From the human T2T-CHM13v2.0 reference genome, Homo sapiens, in assembly GCF_009914755.1 (NCBI RefSeq), contig NC_060942.1: DNA of 64,000 bases; one strand, written 5' to 3'. Made by a program: the position numbers and the translations under genes. Below are positions 39,888 through 54,914 of this stretch, piece by piece. The notes beneath the pieces are model-generated. The model saw only the letters and a program-made list of their open reading frames with translations, was not told the DNA's origin and made no database searches. Within the stretch, counting starts at the first letter, position 1, and each line of letters opens with the position of its first letter.

Positions 39888-42545
39888 TAGGGAGGTTTAC
39901 GTGTATTTAATGTTTTATATGAGCCACTATGCAGATACTCAGGACATGGATGGATGAAAAAAAAATAGAGTATTTTGCTGTGTGAAGTATTATGACAACC
40001 CTCACGATTTCCTTAAAAAATTGAGAGTAAATGTCTATACTTTACTTCAAGACAAAAAAGAGGTAATTCCTTAAGATGGGCAGCTGTGACCCAGTTACAA
40101 ATAAAAGCATCACAGTTCCTCCTCCTCTATACATTCTACACATTCCCATACAGTACAGCCTGTAATCCATTATTCTTAGTGGCTGAAAAGATTTTGATGA
40201 GATTTACTTTTTATAGCTTAGAATATATGAATTATGAATCTTAATGTTCCAGTCAGGATAAATATTGGATAATAGTATTAAATATGAATTCTCAAATTGC
40301 ATACATAGCTTCAGAGACTTTGATAAGCTACCCTTTGTCTTCAGAAGAACCGCTAAATTGGTGAGCTCCACAAGACCAAGATCAGTAGTTTAAATAGCCT
40401 TTCTATCAGTCTGTAGTATCTAGAACAGAGCTGGGAAAAGTTAATATACTTTTGATAAATATGAATCTTATTTGACAGGATAAAATGACCACATGTTTAA
40501 GTATGGGCAAGTGATATAATATTAACTGGGCACATAATAAGAAAAGAGTAATTCTGACACGCAAATGGTGATTCAGAGTGACATATAAAGCATTAATTAG
40601 ATAAAGGCATTCTAACAGAAATATGATATGGAAAACTTAGAGGGTGTGTGGCTACCAATACAACTGGACTTTATTAATAAGAATTAGAAAATTTTGGGTT
40701 TTTTTTGAAAAGGAAAGGCTAGGGACATACCAAAGTGATGGACATGGCAAAGAGATGGCTATGGTAGTTATATATTTTCCTTGAGGGTTATAACCAGAGA
40801 AAGAAGTTCACAACAGAACAGATTTAGATCAAACTATACAGATTAAATTACAGCTGGACTCATGCCTTTCTTTAAAAAGTTGTTCAGTAAATATGAGTAG
40901 ATTTGAGTAAAAAAGAGATAATACATCTTATAAATTTCAATATGGAATCATTATATTGTCAATTTATCTTGGAGAAGGGGTGGTTTAAAACAAGATTCAC
41001 CATACCTGTGTCAGGAATTTTTCTTACAGCCAACCGTCAAAAGCACAGGGTTCTATGCCCGTAGCCTGGTGTGTTGACCAATATTGACTAACTTACTTGG
41101 CTCCATTGGTGACCTTTGGGGCTAAACGAGTAGCCAATTTCTGGTTTATATGCAGGAATATAAACCCAATAACTTTCCATTTGTGTAAGAACTTATTTTG
41201 GGACATTGATAACCCTTAGGCATTAACAATTTTAACAAAAGTCATTTATTTTACTCCCCTTTTGAAATTAATTTTACGTTTATTGGAGAAGATTTATGGA
41301 TTCTTCTTTAGTAATATGTTCCAATCAGGAATCCAGTGAAATGCCTTTAAACTTCAATTTTGAGTCATAAGTTATTTTCTTTTATTTAGGGTACAGATTT
41401 TTCTGGAAATCTTAAATACATAAAATACAGTTCTTATGTGACAGCTTAGAAGATTCACAAAAATGAGAACTAAAATATTTTTCTCAAAATCAAGGACTGC
41501 ATACTTCTTTCATTTGTTACTAAGCAGATAACCAGGCATGTTATGTCAGTAAGTCAAAAGTGGGCTGTGGGAATGATTATGGAAATGTCTATTAGGTACC
41601 AACAAGAGCTGGGAGGTCATAGGGAGGAGTAAGACCTCATCCAGATGACAACTCCTCATTACAGAATTCCAGTGTCTTAAAATGAAAGACATGTTAAAAC
41701 TTCAATCACTGGTTTTACAGATGAAAAATTTACGTCCAGAGAAGGTAAAGGATTTGATTAGAGACTAAGAAGTTCAGCAGTGGCAATACTGGAAGCAGAA
41801 ACAAGATTTCATGGCTTCCTTAACATTTATTCAATAAGGTCTGATAAAGTAATAGATGGATGCCCTCATAAGGAGATCACAAATTTCAGAACAGAAATAA
41901 GTAGAATTCAATCTTGGATTTGTTGAAGGAAAGTAAATTAAGGTAGGAAAAATGCTAGCATCTTCGTAACTACAGAAATCTCAACTCACCAGAAAGTTAT
42001 ATAACAGAATATATAATACACTAATAAAAACATTTGTTAAGCGTTGGTTTCAAGTTAGAGTAATGCATAGCCTTTTCAGAAGAGAGTTAAGTACATTTAT
42101 TATTGGTGAAAATAGCTTATTCCCCTGACTGCAGTAGCTCTAAGTAATGTACATTTTGGAGGTGACAAATTTCTTTTTACATCCTATTACTAAGCAATAC
42201 ACATTTCACTCAGGATAACACAAGAATTAAATAAAGAGATGCAATTTCAGACAGAATAAAGTACTTAGGATCAGTAGATGGCAGACAGGTCTCCATAAAA
42301 CTTTGAAAGAACGCTAGAGCAATATGATTTCTTGAGCAATTTTTCTTCTGGCTTCATGTGATGTGTTTTAATACAGATACCCTTAACAATGAAGTTCTGA
42401 AAGAACAATGGTCCCTATAAGGACACTTTTCAAAATAAATCACAATTAGAGCATCAAATTCTCATTCTAAATAAGGTGACTGGCCAGACATCACTTTACC
42501 TAAAAATTTAACCAAAAATTTTATATTCTGTATTCCTCACAATAA

Positions 42546-42858
<313 letters not shown>

Positions 42859-42955
42859 CACAATAACAATTTAAATAGATAAAGTTTAGTGAGATGTGTC
42901 AGGTTTTACTGGATTTCCACATTATAAGCTCTGTTCAGCTTCACTTTCACTTTTT

Positions 42956-43135
42956 TGGGTTTTTTTTTTTTTTTTTTTTTTTAGAGACATGGTCTCAATC
43001 TGTTGCCCAGGTTGGAGTGCAGTGTGGCACACAATTATAGCTCACTGTAGTCTAAAACTCCTGGGCTCAAGCGATCCTCCTACTTCAGCCTCTCTAGTAG
43101 CTGGGACTACAGGCCTGAACCACCAACATCGGCTA
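42956..43135 (-). mobile_element. Free Alu monomer (FRAM/FAM-like or truncated AluJ) with its own TSD
   Basis: Single arm; TSD tca(c/t)tttcacttttt at 42941-42955 and 43136-43150. Confidence 0.85.
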
Positions 43136-43757
43136 TCATTTTCACTTTTTCTAAACATGCAAGGTAAATCACAAAATAGCAACTTATTTCATTTTAACTA
43201 GACATTTTTTTCTGTTTTTATTTTTATTTTTCTATGCTTTCCTTTGGTGGGCACTCATTAGTAGAACTTTCTGAATCACAGGGAACACATCTTCAACCAT
43301 CTGTATATGCATAGGTACTTTAACAGTAATCAAAGTGTTTTATCTTCTTTATTCACTTGAATTAATACTATCTCATTTTCACCTCCTTTCATTTTATAAA
43401 ATGGAAGTGGTTAGACACATATTCCTGCATGCTATTGAAAATTGTGTGGTAACAAAACTAAGACAAAGATCGTAGAACTAGGTAACTCCCACTTATGTGA
43501 TCATGGAAGGTTTTATAGAGAATATAACATTAGAGGGAAGACATGAACAATAAATAAAATTTAGAAAGGTAGAAGTGGTAGGTGGAAAACTTCAGATATA
43601 TAAATAATGGCTTAATCCAAAGCATGTAGTTGGGGTAGAAAAAAACACATGGTGAGGGTCTGTTTAGTGAGTAACATTTATGTTAAGGCTATACAATTAC
43701 ATCCAGAGTAATATTTAATTGTGCTTTAATTTTATGACAACAAATTTTAATTTATAG

Positions 43758-44124
43758 CATTATTTCTCAAATTTGAGACTTCATGGATTTCCAAAAATTA
43801 TTTCAATGGTTTCACACCATAGATTCTACCTGATTAGAATCTATGAATTAAAATCTGGAATTTAAGCTAATTCTAGATTAAAAGTTGAGTTCTATCTATT
43901 TAATTAAACATTTGATGCATCATCATCATTACAAAAAATGTAAGCACACACACTGAAACCAAGTGGTAAGTCTGGGTTACAAAGTGCCCATCCAGAATGA
44001 TCTAGAACATGCTTACAATGATTTATGATTGGCTATTTAATTCACAAAATTTACAAAGAAAATCCATAGAAAAATTGCAAACTCTGATAGCAAGGGTCTG
44101 TAAACCACCATTTAAGAAGCACTG
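43758..44124. mobile_element. hAT-Charlie-like DNA transposon inside L2
   Basis: Termini cattatttctcaaa / tttaagaagcactg; 8-bp flanks atttatag / tcttatag. Confidence 0.6.
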
Positions 44125-44239
44125 TCTTATAGGCAATTGCACACCATTAAAATTTAAAAGCACAATCAAATTGGTACTTACAGAATAAATATTTCAGAGG
44201 ATTTCATCTTAAGAGACAATTGGGAACATTTGAAATAAC

Positions 44240-45870
44240 ATGTTCATTAAACTAGTCTATCAACTAGCATATAGATAAGGCCCTAGGTTTCACCTAGGTG
44301 ATAGGTGCTGGAGAAACAAAGATAAGCACATGGTTGTGTCATAAAGAAACTCATGGTTTAGTTAGAAGAAAGTCCTCTATACATATAAGCATAGTAAAAT
44401 ATGGAGATTCAATGGTAGAGAAATTGACAAGGAAGCGCCATTTAACCTAACTTGGAGGCCAGAGAAGACTGGTTAGGCTAAGCATTAAGCAATGCATACA
44501 AACTGTATTTGAGCATGTGTTTGGACATGCAATTAGAAATGAGGTGGAGCTTTTAAAGAAGAAAGGACAGCATGGATCAATGTTCCTTTGATGTTTCTAA
44601 AGTGAACAGTTGGAAGCAGGGTTGCTTAGGAATAAGACTGAAAATGTAGACAGCAACTAGATCCCTGTGATTGTAGTAAATTGATGTTAAGGAGTTGATT
44701 TTGTCTTTAAGCAACAGTGAGTTCTAGGATCCTGGGAAGGAAGACATGACATAGTTGACTTGGCATTTCAGTAAGATAACTATATGGAGAAGAATAGCAA
44801 AGAAGAAAGAAGACTAGTGTAATATTATTCAAAGTAACGATAACTTTCTGGGATACAACATGAGTGATAGAGATGAGTAACTGAAGGATAAAAATCATAT
44901 TCAAAAGGTAAAACTAGTTAGTAGGACACCACACACACACATAAGGAGTGACTAAAAGGAAAAAATTAAGCATCAGCTATTATATTTCCAGCTTATTGGA
45001 TATATATCAATTGAAAACAAGAACGTTGACAAAAGGAGTCAAACTCTGTAAAATATTTGAAGAGATTATTCTGAGCCCACCATGAGTGGCCATGCACACG
45101 ACACAGCCCAAAATGAGTGACCATGTGCATGACATACCCCTTGGGAAACCTGAGAACATGTTCTTATGGTGGTCAGGGCACAGCCTAGTTTTATACATTT
45201 TTGGGAGACATGAGACATCAATCAAATACATGTAAGATATACATGGGTTCGGTGCAGAAAAGTGGAATAGCTCAAATCAGGGGCTTCTTGTTTATAAGTA
45301 GATTTTAAAAGTTTTCAGATTGGCAATTAGTTGAAAGAGTTATTATCAATAGAAAGGAATATCTGGGTTATGAATGGGGTTGTGGAGACCAAAGTTTTAT
45401 CATGCAAATGAAGCCACCAGGTAGCAGGCTTCAGAGAGAATAGATTGTAAATGTTCCTTATCAGACTTAAGGTCTATGTTAATGTTAAATGCTGGTCAGC
45501 TGTTCCTGAATTCCAAAAGGGAGGAAGGCATAATGAGGTATGTCTGACCCCTTGTTACTCTCATGACCGGAACCAATCTTTCAGGTTAACTTTGGGGTGC
45601 CCCTAGCTGACAGCAGAGAGTTCATTCAGATGGTTGGAAAGGAGGGGGGCTGGAATTTTATTTTTGGTATGCAAGACTATACTGAGAGAGAAAATAATTA
45701 AGAAAATAAAATGATCAGTTTAGTTTTTGACATGTTGATTGTGTAAGGCCTGTGAGATATTCAAGGCTCTAATGGGAGACACAATACAAACTTGAAATTT
45801 GGGTAAATGCTATGACCTGGAAATACAATTGTAAGATTCAACAACTTAGTACTTGACCAATGTGATGAGG
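44240..45870 (-). mobile_element. L2 remnant split by MER4 LTR
   Basis: taggtgctggagaaacaaagataag; atgatcagtttagtttttgacatgttga. Confidence 0.6.
45024..45673 (-). mobile_element. MER4-family solo LTR (ERV1), sense to RIT2
   Basis: gagtcaaactctgtaaaatatttgaagagatt; ttcaggttaactttgg; cattcagatggttgg; aattttatttttgg; flanks agaa/agac; internal ~31-bp duplication 45074-45135. Confidence 0.9.
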
Positions 45871-45879
45871 ATGTATAAG

Positions 45880-46070
45880 ATAGCTACAATTTATTGAGTA
45901 ATTACAGGAGGCTGGATTCTCTCCAAAGTTCTTTAAATGAATTATCTCATTTAAGGCTCACAATAAATCTATGGAATAGGTACAGATGAGTAAACTGAAG
46001 ATTTTATTTCAAGAGGTAAATTGCCCAAGATCACACAGGTAGTTAGGGTTAGAGCTCAGACTCAGGCTTG
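45880..46070 (-). mobile_element. MIR
   Basis: atttattgag...atctcatttaa...acagatgagtaaactga...ttgcccaagatcacacag. Confidence 0.8.
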
Positions 46071-46622
46071 GGAAAGCTGACTTCAGGGGATTTACTCATA
46101 ATAACTGGGCTAACCATCTGAAACATATGGATTCTCTGAGAGAGTGTATAATGAGAGGAGCTTTGACAATAGCAGAAACCCAGGGAACAGCAGCAATTTT
46201 ATATTTTATATTTATCATTTTATTGGAAAATGAGCCTATGAGTGACATAGAAATCAGAGAGATCCATAGCAAACCAGGAGGCATAGTGTCATGGGCATCA
46301 AGAACCTAGAGAAGGATGCAGTGGTCAATTGCATAACTGCATTCTGGGAGGCCAGTAGAAAGGTAATATTGTTTTGGCAATTGAGAGAAAATATTCAGGA
46401 ATGTCTGCACAATGTCTTCACAGTCTAGCTTCAGTAGATTTTGGAATTTAAATGATATTACAATTGGTAAGGTAGTAATTGATTGATGTGACTATAGCTA
46501 CTTTTCTGAAAGTTCATAAATACAAAAAAAAAGCACAAATAAGAAGACAAGAGGCTTCAATTTGTGTTGGCACAGTTTACATGTTTGTGTGATTTTTGAA
46601 CCTTGCTTCCCTAAACTCAGCA

Positions 46623-47174
46623 TTTCAGAGGCATTCGAACCAGAGTGACTCCATCTTGAGTGAGGGCTAGGAAAAATGAGGCTGGGACTTGCTGGGCTGC
46701 ATTCCCAGGAAGTTAGTTATTCCTAGCCTCTAGACGTTTCCGGTTAAGGGAACAGATTGGTAGTATTTACTAAACAGGTCCAGACTCAGGAATGTCCTGA
46801 TATCCCGAAATCTTGAGAACAGAAGCATTCTTTATTTTGCTTTAAAGATAGTATCAATTCTTGCAAAATATAGTAATGAAGAAAATTAATCCTTTATCAC
46901 AAACCCTTGTAGCAGAGCACATCTCCCTGTGATTTTTTGTTGCTGTTGTTTTGTTATCCTATATATAAACAAGCATTTTACCTAGGGTGGCTGTGTTCCT
47001 CCTCTTACTATTGGGAACGCCCTACTCTGTCTATGGAGTAGCTATTCTTTCACCACTTTATTTTCTTAATAAACTTGCTTTGGCTTTACACTGTGGACTC
47101 GCTCTGAATTCTTTCTTGCGTGAGATCCAAGAACTCTCTTTTGGGATCTGGATCGGAACCCGTTTCCTGTAACA
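46623..47174 (+). mobile_element. MER41-family solo LTR (MER41C/D-like)
   Basis: tcagaggcattcgaaccagagtgactccatcttg start; cttaataaacttgctt; gagatccaagaac...tttcctgtaaca end. Confidence 0.92.
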
Positions 47175-47199
47175 CTCTGAATTGTTCTAAATAAGTCTT

Positions 47200-47815
47200 C
47201 TTGTTATCTCTATTAATTTGGAAATACGATGTTATCATCATCTCTTTAATTCCGTCTAGACTTGGCTTGTCTCTACCATGTTACCAACCTCCTTGTTTTT
47301 GTCCTTGCCCACCTACAGTCTATGCTTCATACAGAAACCAGAGTGACACATGGAAAATATCAATCAAATCCTTTTATATCCCTGCTCAGAATTTTCTGAT
47401 GGCTTCTTATGACACTTAATATAAAATCTGAAATCCTTGCCAAAAACCTACACAGACTTCTGGGTTTGGTCCCTACTGCATCTGTGACCTTATAACTTAT
47501 TGATGTTTCTTTCTGGAGTATTCTTTCACCAAATATTCACAAAGCTTTTTTCCTCTCACTTCCTTCAGTTCTCAGCACAGATGCCACTTCCTCAGAGAAG
47601 ATACCCTTGAGAACAATAAAATAATAACTTTCTCACCTCTCTCTACCCCTCTTGTCGTGCCTTATTTTTGTCACATTACTTCTCATTACCATTATATTAT
47701 ATTGTATCATATTGTAATATACATTTCTTCTAAAATGTAAGTTCTCTAAGTCCCCGTAGCCAGAAAAGAGCCTCACACTGAGAAATGCACAAGTATATAT
47801 GCCAAATGAATGAGC
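47200..47815 (+). mobile_element. L2 (L2a-like) 3' fragment
   Basis: cagaaaccagagtga; ataaaatctgaaatcctt; cacttcctcagagaag; ends aaatgaatga. Confidence 0.75.
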
Positions 47816-49082
47816 AAAGCAAGGAAAGTATGTTTATGGAAATGTTGCGTATTGCTAGGAAAATAAGAGTGGGGGGACTTATTGCTTTAGAAGTTTTATT
47901 CAACTGGAAAATAATTTTTCACGGCTCTATTTAAGGAAGCATATCACCATATTGTCAAATAGACAATATGGGTTAGAGGAATTGGTAACCAACAGATTAC
48001 AATCATTTCACCAGGACCTGAAAGCTTAAGAATGTAAAGGAAAGCTATAATCACAATTTCTCTTTCTTCCCTTCTGCTTTTAGAAATATTTCAGGAGACA
48101 AAACCTATGGTGATCCTCTAATTTCTTCATTTATATTAATGGCAAGCTATAATGGAGAAAGTGGTAATAAGGAAGATGATTTCGATTCAGCTCAATAAAA
48201 CTACAGTGAGTCCCTGAGTGCGAAGGACTGTGCTAGAAACAAACAGCAAAGTGCCATTTCAAAGAAAGAAACATGATGAGCTAAGAATCACATTTGTTCG
48301 CAGGTCACACAGGATGTGTTTTTAACCAGAGTGAATGCAGTGGAGGATAAGGGAAGCAGCTTTTATTGATCTTGTTATTTATATGAAAACATGATTTGCC
48401 TGTTTACCACAGTGTTCATTAAGTGCATCAGCTATTATGTAGTGAATTTTTCCAACACAATGAATATATTCAGCTGAAAATTACCAGAGCAACCATCTTA
48501 TAGAATGATAATGCCTGTGAGAAATACAGCACTAATCCAGTCAGTTAAATGTCTGCCCATAGATTCAGGTATTGCTATAACAGTCCACATGCTTTCTGCA
48601 ATTACAAGCCAGCTCCATATTTCTCAGTTTATTTTCTGTATACAGCCAGTTTTATCATCCCTTAGACCTTGTAAAAAAGCTGGTAATTAACCTTTTCTTG
48701 TTGCACTTGTATAAAATGTGACTGAAACAACTTAATATAGGAACAAAAAAAGAACATTGGCTTTTCTTGGTGTTTTCATGGCTTCAAAGTGAAACGTATA
48801 TTTTTACCAATAATTTTCTGGGTTTCTCCATCTCAGTGATATAAATCTTGCAGACTATTCTGTTGCATCTATAAGCAAGGGAAATTTTTAATTGCGAGGT
48901 TTGCTTTAGTGGTTCAGTTTCTCTGAAATTTGGAAGTAAACATCTTTTAAAAGTCCTGAATATTCTCCCTTTTCAAAACCATCTTGGTGTCAGGCTTAAG
49001 TTTTTATGATCACTCTGAATTGCTAGAATCCGATGCTTTTATTTCAACTCTAAGCTGTATATATCAAAATATATGGAACTAC

Positions 49083-49590
49083 ATCCCAGGTTCTCAACTG
49101 GCGATGGAGTTGGGGTGGCGGGGGGCGAGGATGTGAATTTGAATGGGACAAAAAGAACATCTTTATTTCTAGCTAACAATTGGAGGATACCCTTTCAAAA
49201 TGAGTCTCTGATTGACAGTTGGCATTTTCTTCCATTGTTAATATATCTACCCTACTGGAGTACCATTAGCAGTATCCAAGGCTTTGTTACCAGTACACAT
49301 ATGTGCCTTTTGAATCATCTTCAGGTTGTACAGATATCTCAAGGTGTTGTTAATGATTATCAATACTTTAAAATTACAGTATTATTTTCTCTTCTGAGAT
49401 CTTATCCAATGTGTGCTTAAGAAAGCATTTACATTACTATATTACATTTATTAATACTTTGACAAATTATTTTAATATGATTGGTTTTCTTTATAATTTT
49501 ACCTTCTTTATTTTGTATTTAAAAGCATTATTAAGAGGAGAGGGTCTATAGATTTCATCAGACTCTCAAAGTTATCTATGAGTCAAAATC
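49083..49590. mobile_element. hAT-Charlie-like remnant
   Basis: ggttctcaact start; agcattatt...gggtctatagatttcatcagact. Confidence 0.55.
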
Positions 49591-49703
49591 TGACAGGTGA
49601 ACTGGAAGCATACTATACCTTTTTTTGTTCATTTATTCCCCTTCTGAATCTCACTATTATCAAAAGAATTATCAGTTTTCAGAAAATTCATTTATGCCTC
49701 TAG

Positions 49704-50024
<321 letters not shown>

Positions 50025-52319
50025 TAATTCATGGTATTTTTATTCCTGAGCAGTTCACCAAGAAAATTCCAGAATTGGGATCTCTCTTCTAAGTCTTTTT
50101 GCGAATCAATTTGCTTATGACACTGTTGGCAGAGTTAATAATCAGCCAGGCCTTTAGGGCTAAGAGTTCTTTTTAGCTTTGTATGACTACATAAAATTGC
50201 AAAAAGAAAACAGGACATCATTCTCAGAGACAAATGGGAAGAAACTCTTCAAGTCTTTGGTAAATTACACCTGTAATGTTTCAGTGAAAAACAAAACAGT
50301 CAATTAGCAAGCTAGTCATCAACTCTTGCTAAGTAGCTAGGATGGATTGCTAGTCTAGTTCTTGCTCAGAGGACTTTAGGGTTTGGTATTTTTCCCCCAT
50401 GCAGATTTCTTCCACAAATCTTTACCTTCTTGCCGTCTGTACTCTGCATTTCATCTGCCTGTTCTGAATCTTATTTTTCAGGCTTTTTGCAACTTCCCAC
50501 ATCTTGCAAGGTTGTAACTAATTAATCTCTTACTGGAATTGACACTAAAGGAAAAACAAAGATACAAGAAAATTTCCTCACATTCTATTTCTCTGTTATT
50601 CAACACTTTAACACTTACTAGGAGTGGGATGCTGTGGGAGAAAGGAGAATAAAGCATAATTCTCCTCCTCAAGCTGCCTTACACACTCTAGCTCCCTCTT
50701 CTCTCTGAATCATGCTCCCCATATACCCTTTCCGTATGTTTCAACGGATCCCATGTGTCTGAATTTAAAAAGTGATCTTAGGGCAAATTGCTATTTCTAA
50801 CTAGAAATGTAACAATAACTTAATAACGAGGGTGTAGAACTCCTCAGGGGCCACAGTCCAGCTTTCTGAAAAGTGGAAGAACTGCATCATCTGGAAAAGT
50901 TAATGCTCCCATCCCCCAACTTCTTAGTCAGATGACAGCTCATCATCTCATTGGTTAGCATGAGATCAGTCCTCACTGACCCTCTGAAGATTCCTCCACT
51001 TGTTTGCCGTTTATGTTGTTTGTTTTATTCTGACAGCTTTTTGAAAGGGTGCTATCATATGCTGGATATGACTTTCATTGCTTGGTTATGTTCTTTTTAT
51101 CACAACATAATAGCAGAAAATGTGAAAGAAGTTTAATGCTGCCAATATTTTGTTCCTTTGGATGTATCTGGTGTGGCATTTAAAGGTATAATATCATTCT
51201 TTCTTTGTGATGCTAGCTCCAAACATATATTTACATGTAAATTATTACTGATCTCCACTATGCACTGTCTTCATATAACTAAGGCCCTCGTCCAAAGATA
51301 ACCCTGCCTGATTATCTAAGCCTTTAAATTAAAACATTACCTCTTTAAACATGGATTCGCTTTTGCAGATATCGTCATATGTGAACTGAGTTAGAGGTGG
51401 ATGTGGATACAAAGATGAAAGCAAATATGGACCCTGCCATCCAGGAATGGCAATTAGGAACCCTCCCCTCCAGCAATCCAGACTGGTTGACTGGACATAC
51501 CTGGTTTCCACTAACCATAAAACATAAGAGTCCTATAATGGCATTTAAAGAAGTTTTGTTGTGCATAAGAAAAAAATTAGAAATAATATGTGGGTTCTAG
51601 GAATGTCTCATGGAAGAGGTAGCAGTTTAAATGGGTGTGAAAGCATGGAAGGGTATTTGATAGGCAGAGATAAATGAGAGAAAATGTTGTTATCAATGAC
51701 ATAGTGGGAGGAACAGGTGGATTCCTCCCACCTGTTGTGCGGGGATCATAATGTATGTGAAGGATGGTGAAAAAATGGGTAGTTTTACAAAACAAAATTA
51801 TATTGCTTCAGAAACAGCCTTTTTATTTTTTAGATACACAATTACAGATAGTAACTTTACTAAATAATCTTTTGCTATTTAGGAGCAGCATAAGAACAGT
51901 GGCAGTAATTAGAAAGTAGAGATCAACTAAATTAAACTCACTTAATATTTAGGTAAAAATTTTGCAATTAAACCACCCAGCAATGAACACACTTGAATCT
52001 CTTAACATCTTTGTCTGCATATCTTCAGATTTTTCTTTGCGTATGTTTGTAGGCATTCATTTGTGTGTTTATACATACGTGTATGTATTTATAAGTAAAC
52101 ATGAGATTACACTGTACAAATGGTTCTGTAACTTACTTTTTCCAACTAATAATTCCCATCTTTCTACTTCAGTAAATGTTTATGTTATATAAAATTCCGA
52201 CTATGTTCAAAGTTCCCCAATGAGTCCTGAAATTTTATGGATACCTAATTTACCCAAACTGGGATCTCATCCAAAACTGTGCATTACCCCTTATTTTTGT
52301 ATGCCTTATGACTTTTTTT

Positions 52320-52820
52320 AAGATACGTGTACATATATGTTCATTGCAGCCATATTCACAATAGCAATGACATGGAATCAACCGACATGCCCATCAGTGA
52401 TAAACTGGATAAAGAAAATCTGGCACATATACACCATGGAATACGATGCAGCCATAAAAAGGAATGAGATCATGTCCTTTGCAGGGACATGCATGGAGCT
52501 GGAAGCCATCATCCTCAGCAAACTAATGCAGGAACAGAAAACCAAATACCACATGTTCTCGCTTCTAAGCAGGAGCTGAACGATGAGAACACATGGATGC
52601 AGGGAGGGGAACAACACAGGCTGGGTCCTGTTTTGAGAGCACAGTGGGAGGGAGAGCATCGGGAAAAATAGCTAATGCATATTGGGCTTAATACCTAAGT
52701 GATGGGTTGATAGATGCAGCAAACCACCATTGTACACATTTACCTATGTAACAAACCTGCACATCCTGCACATGTACCCTGGAACTTAAAATAAAATAAA
52801 ATAAAATAAAAATTTTAAAA
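52320..52820 (+). mobile_element. 5'-truncated older L1PA (about PA13-16) 3' end
   Basis: ORF2 C-terminus (…QEQKTKYHMFSL), 3'UTR, (TAAAA)n tail, approximate TSD gact(t/c)ttttaa. Confidence 0.9.
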
Positions 52821-54094
52821 GACTCTTTTAAAAACACAGTACTAAGATGTGTCTTAAATTATTTATTATTTTGAGTTTTGTTTTTATTAAATTCAACTCT
52901 ATCCTGCTTTGATTTCATGCTTACCAAATAAGAATACTCATATTCCCTGCTATATTTAATGTTTAAATCAGCAGCTCTTCCTTTTTTTATTTCTAATATA
53001 GGCACCATTAGTAATAAAAATCAGTTTTTTCACATTGATCTATGTATGATACTAGCAAAAGAAAACTAATTTTCTCTTTCATAAAGTGGCATGAACAGAG
53101 GTTATGCTGAGAGAAGTTTGTAGGCATTTTCTTTTCTGCTTGTCCATGATTAACTTCTTTGATAAGAAATTGACTCCTTTGTAAATCTTAATGTTTAATT
53201 AGTTTAGAAACTGTGAGAGGCTTCGATACAACCAGTACTAAGCATACTCAATGCATACATACATATATTTTGCTTTATAAAGAATGACTTTTTATAGAAA
53301 AATTGAATTCTGTCTTAAAACACAAAATTTAAAGTATGAAGTTCCTGTGATTTTTTCTTAAATATACTGCTTGTTTCTGAGTCTAAATATACATGCATAT
53401 TATTTTTAGCATCATTTAATTATAGTTGGAATTGTGGTTGCAACCACCTTTTCAATTTGCTGCCATTTTGCCTCTTGCCACGAAGTTTCATTCTGGCTCC
53501 CCCTCTTTTTGTCTAAGAACCCTGTCAGTCTCATCAGATGAGCCAAAAATGCCCTTGCCTTTTTCAAGCTACACTGGACAAAAAGGAAAGAGAAGAAAAA
53601 TGAGCTTTTTGAAGATGATTGAATTTTGTATGAATCCAAAGCTCATTTCCTTTCTGGCTTTAGTGAATAAAAGGGTATTTGCGAGATCCTGCAATACTAA
53701 GTATCATTTTTTATCATTTTAACATAGGGAGCCATTTCAATAGAAACAAGCTGAGATGAAGGACAATTAAGCAGAGGCCTGGCTTTAGAGTGCTGTTGGC
53801 ATTCCTAGACAGGTTCCTTTTTGTGATAATATCTAAGCTCTATTCAATTTCCTCAGCTTTATACTGTGGTACTTACAGCTTCACATTATTCAGATTGTGA
53901 GAATATATTATTTATTTCTTCTAGAAAGCTTAAAACGTTACTACTGAAACCTGGATATACAGAATGGTGACAAAAAGAGGGCCATCCCCAGAATGTGTTG
54001 ACCGATTTCTGCAGTTCATTGAGTGCTTATGAAATGTTTGTCTACTTAGAGCTGCATAACTACAGTATTCTTTCCGTTAAATTGATCTTTTTTT

Positions 54095-54430
54095 TTCCTC
54101 TCAGTAAGTATTTATTGAGCATCTACTAAATGTCAAGCTTGGGATACAGCTGCAGTGAACAGGAAAAAAAGCAAAAACTAAAACAAAAATCATCCTGCCT
54201 TACATAGTTTATGTTCTAATGATGTATATGTTGTGTTGTGAGGAAAGAGGAGTGTAGGGGTGACCAGAAAAAAAAAGGTATAATATGAAATATACTGAAT
54301 TTTGGTAAGTGCTAAAGTAATACCTAAAAACTGTGCAGGTCATTGAGGGTGGGAAGTTGCCAGATGGTCTAATAAAGAAGGTAACATTTGATTGAGGTCC
54401 ATAGATATGTCTAGCAACATCTCTTTCTAG
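54095..54430 (-). mobile_element. L2 fragment
   Basis: agtatttattgagcatctactaaatgtcaag...cagtgaacagg. Confidence 0.7.
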
Positions 54431-54559
54431 CTCACGATGCTGAAGAAGGCAGAGAAGACTCATGATACCAGATGATCTAGACATAAGTTAAATCCTAAGA
54501 GAGACATTCAGATAGCAATGGCAAAGAGTGTGTTGTTTCTTTTTAAGAGGCTCAAACAC

Positions 54560-54914
<355 letters not shown>

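Noticed and set aside
52337-52579. 80-aa ORF
   Set aside because: L1 ORF2 C-terminus.
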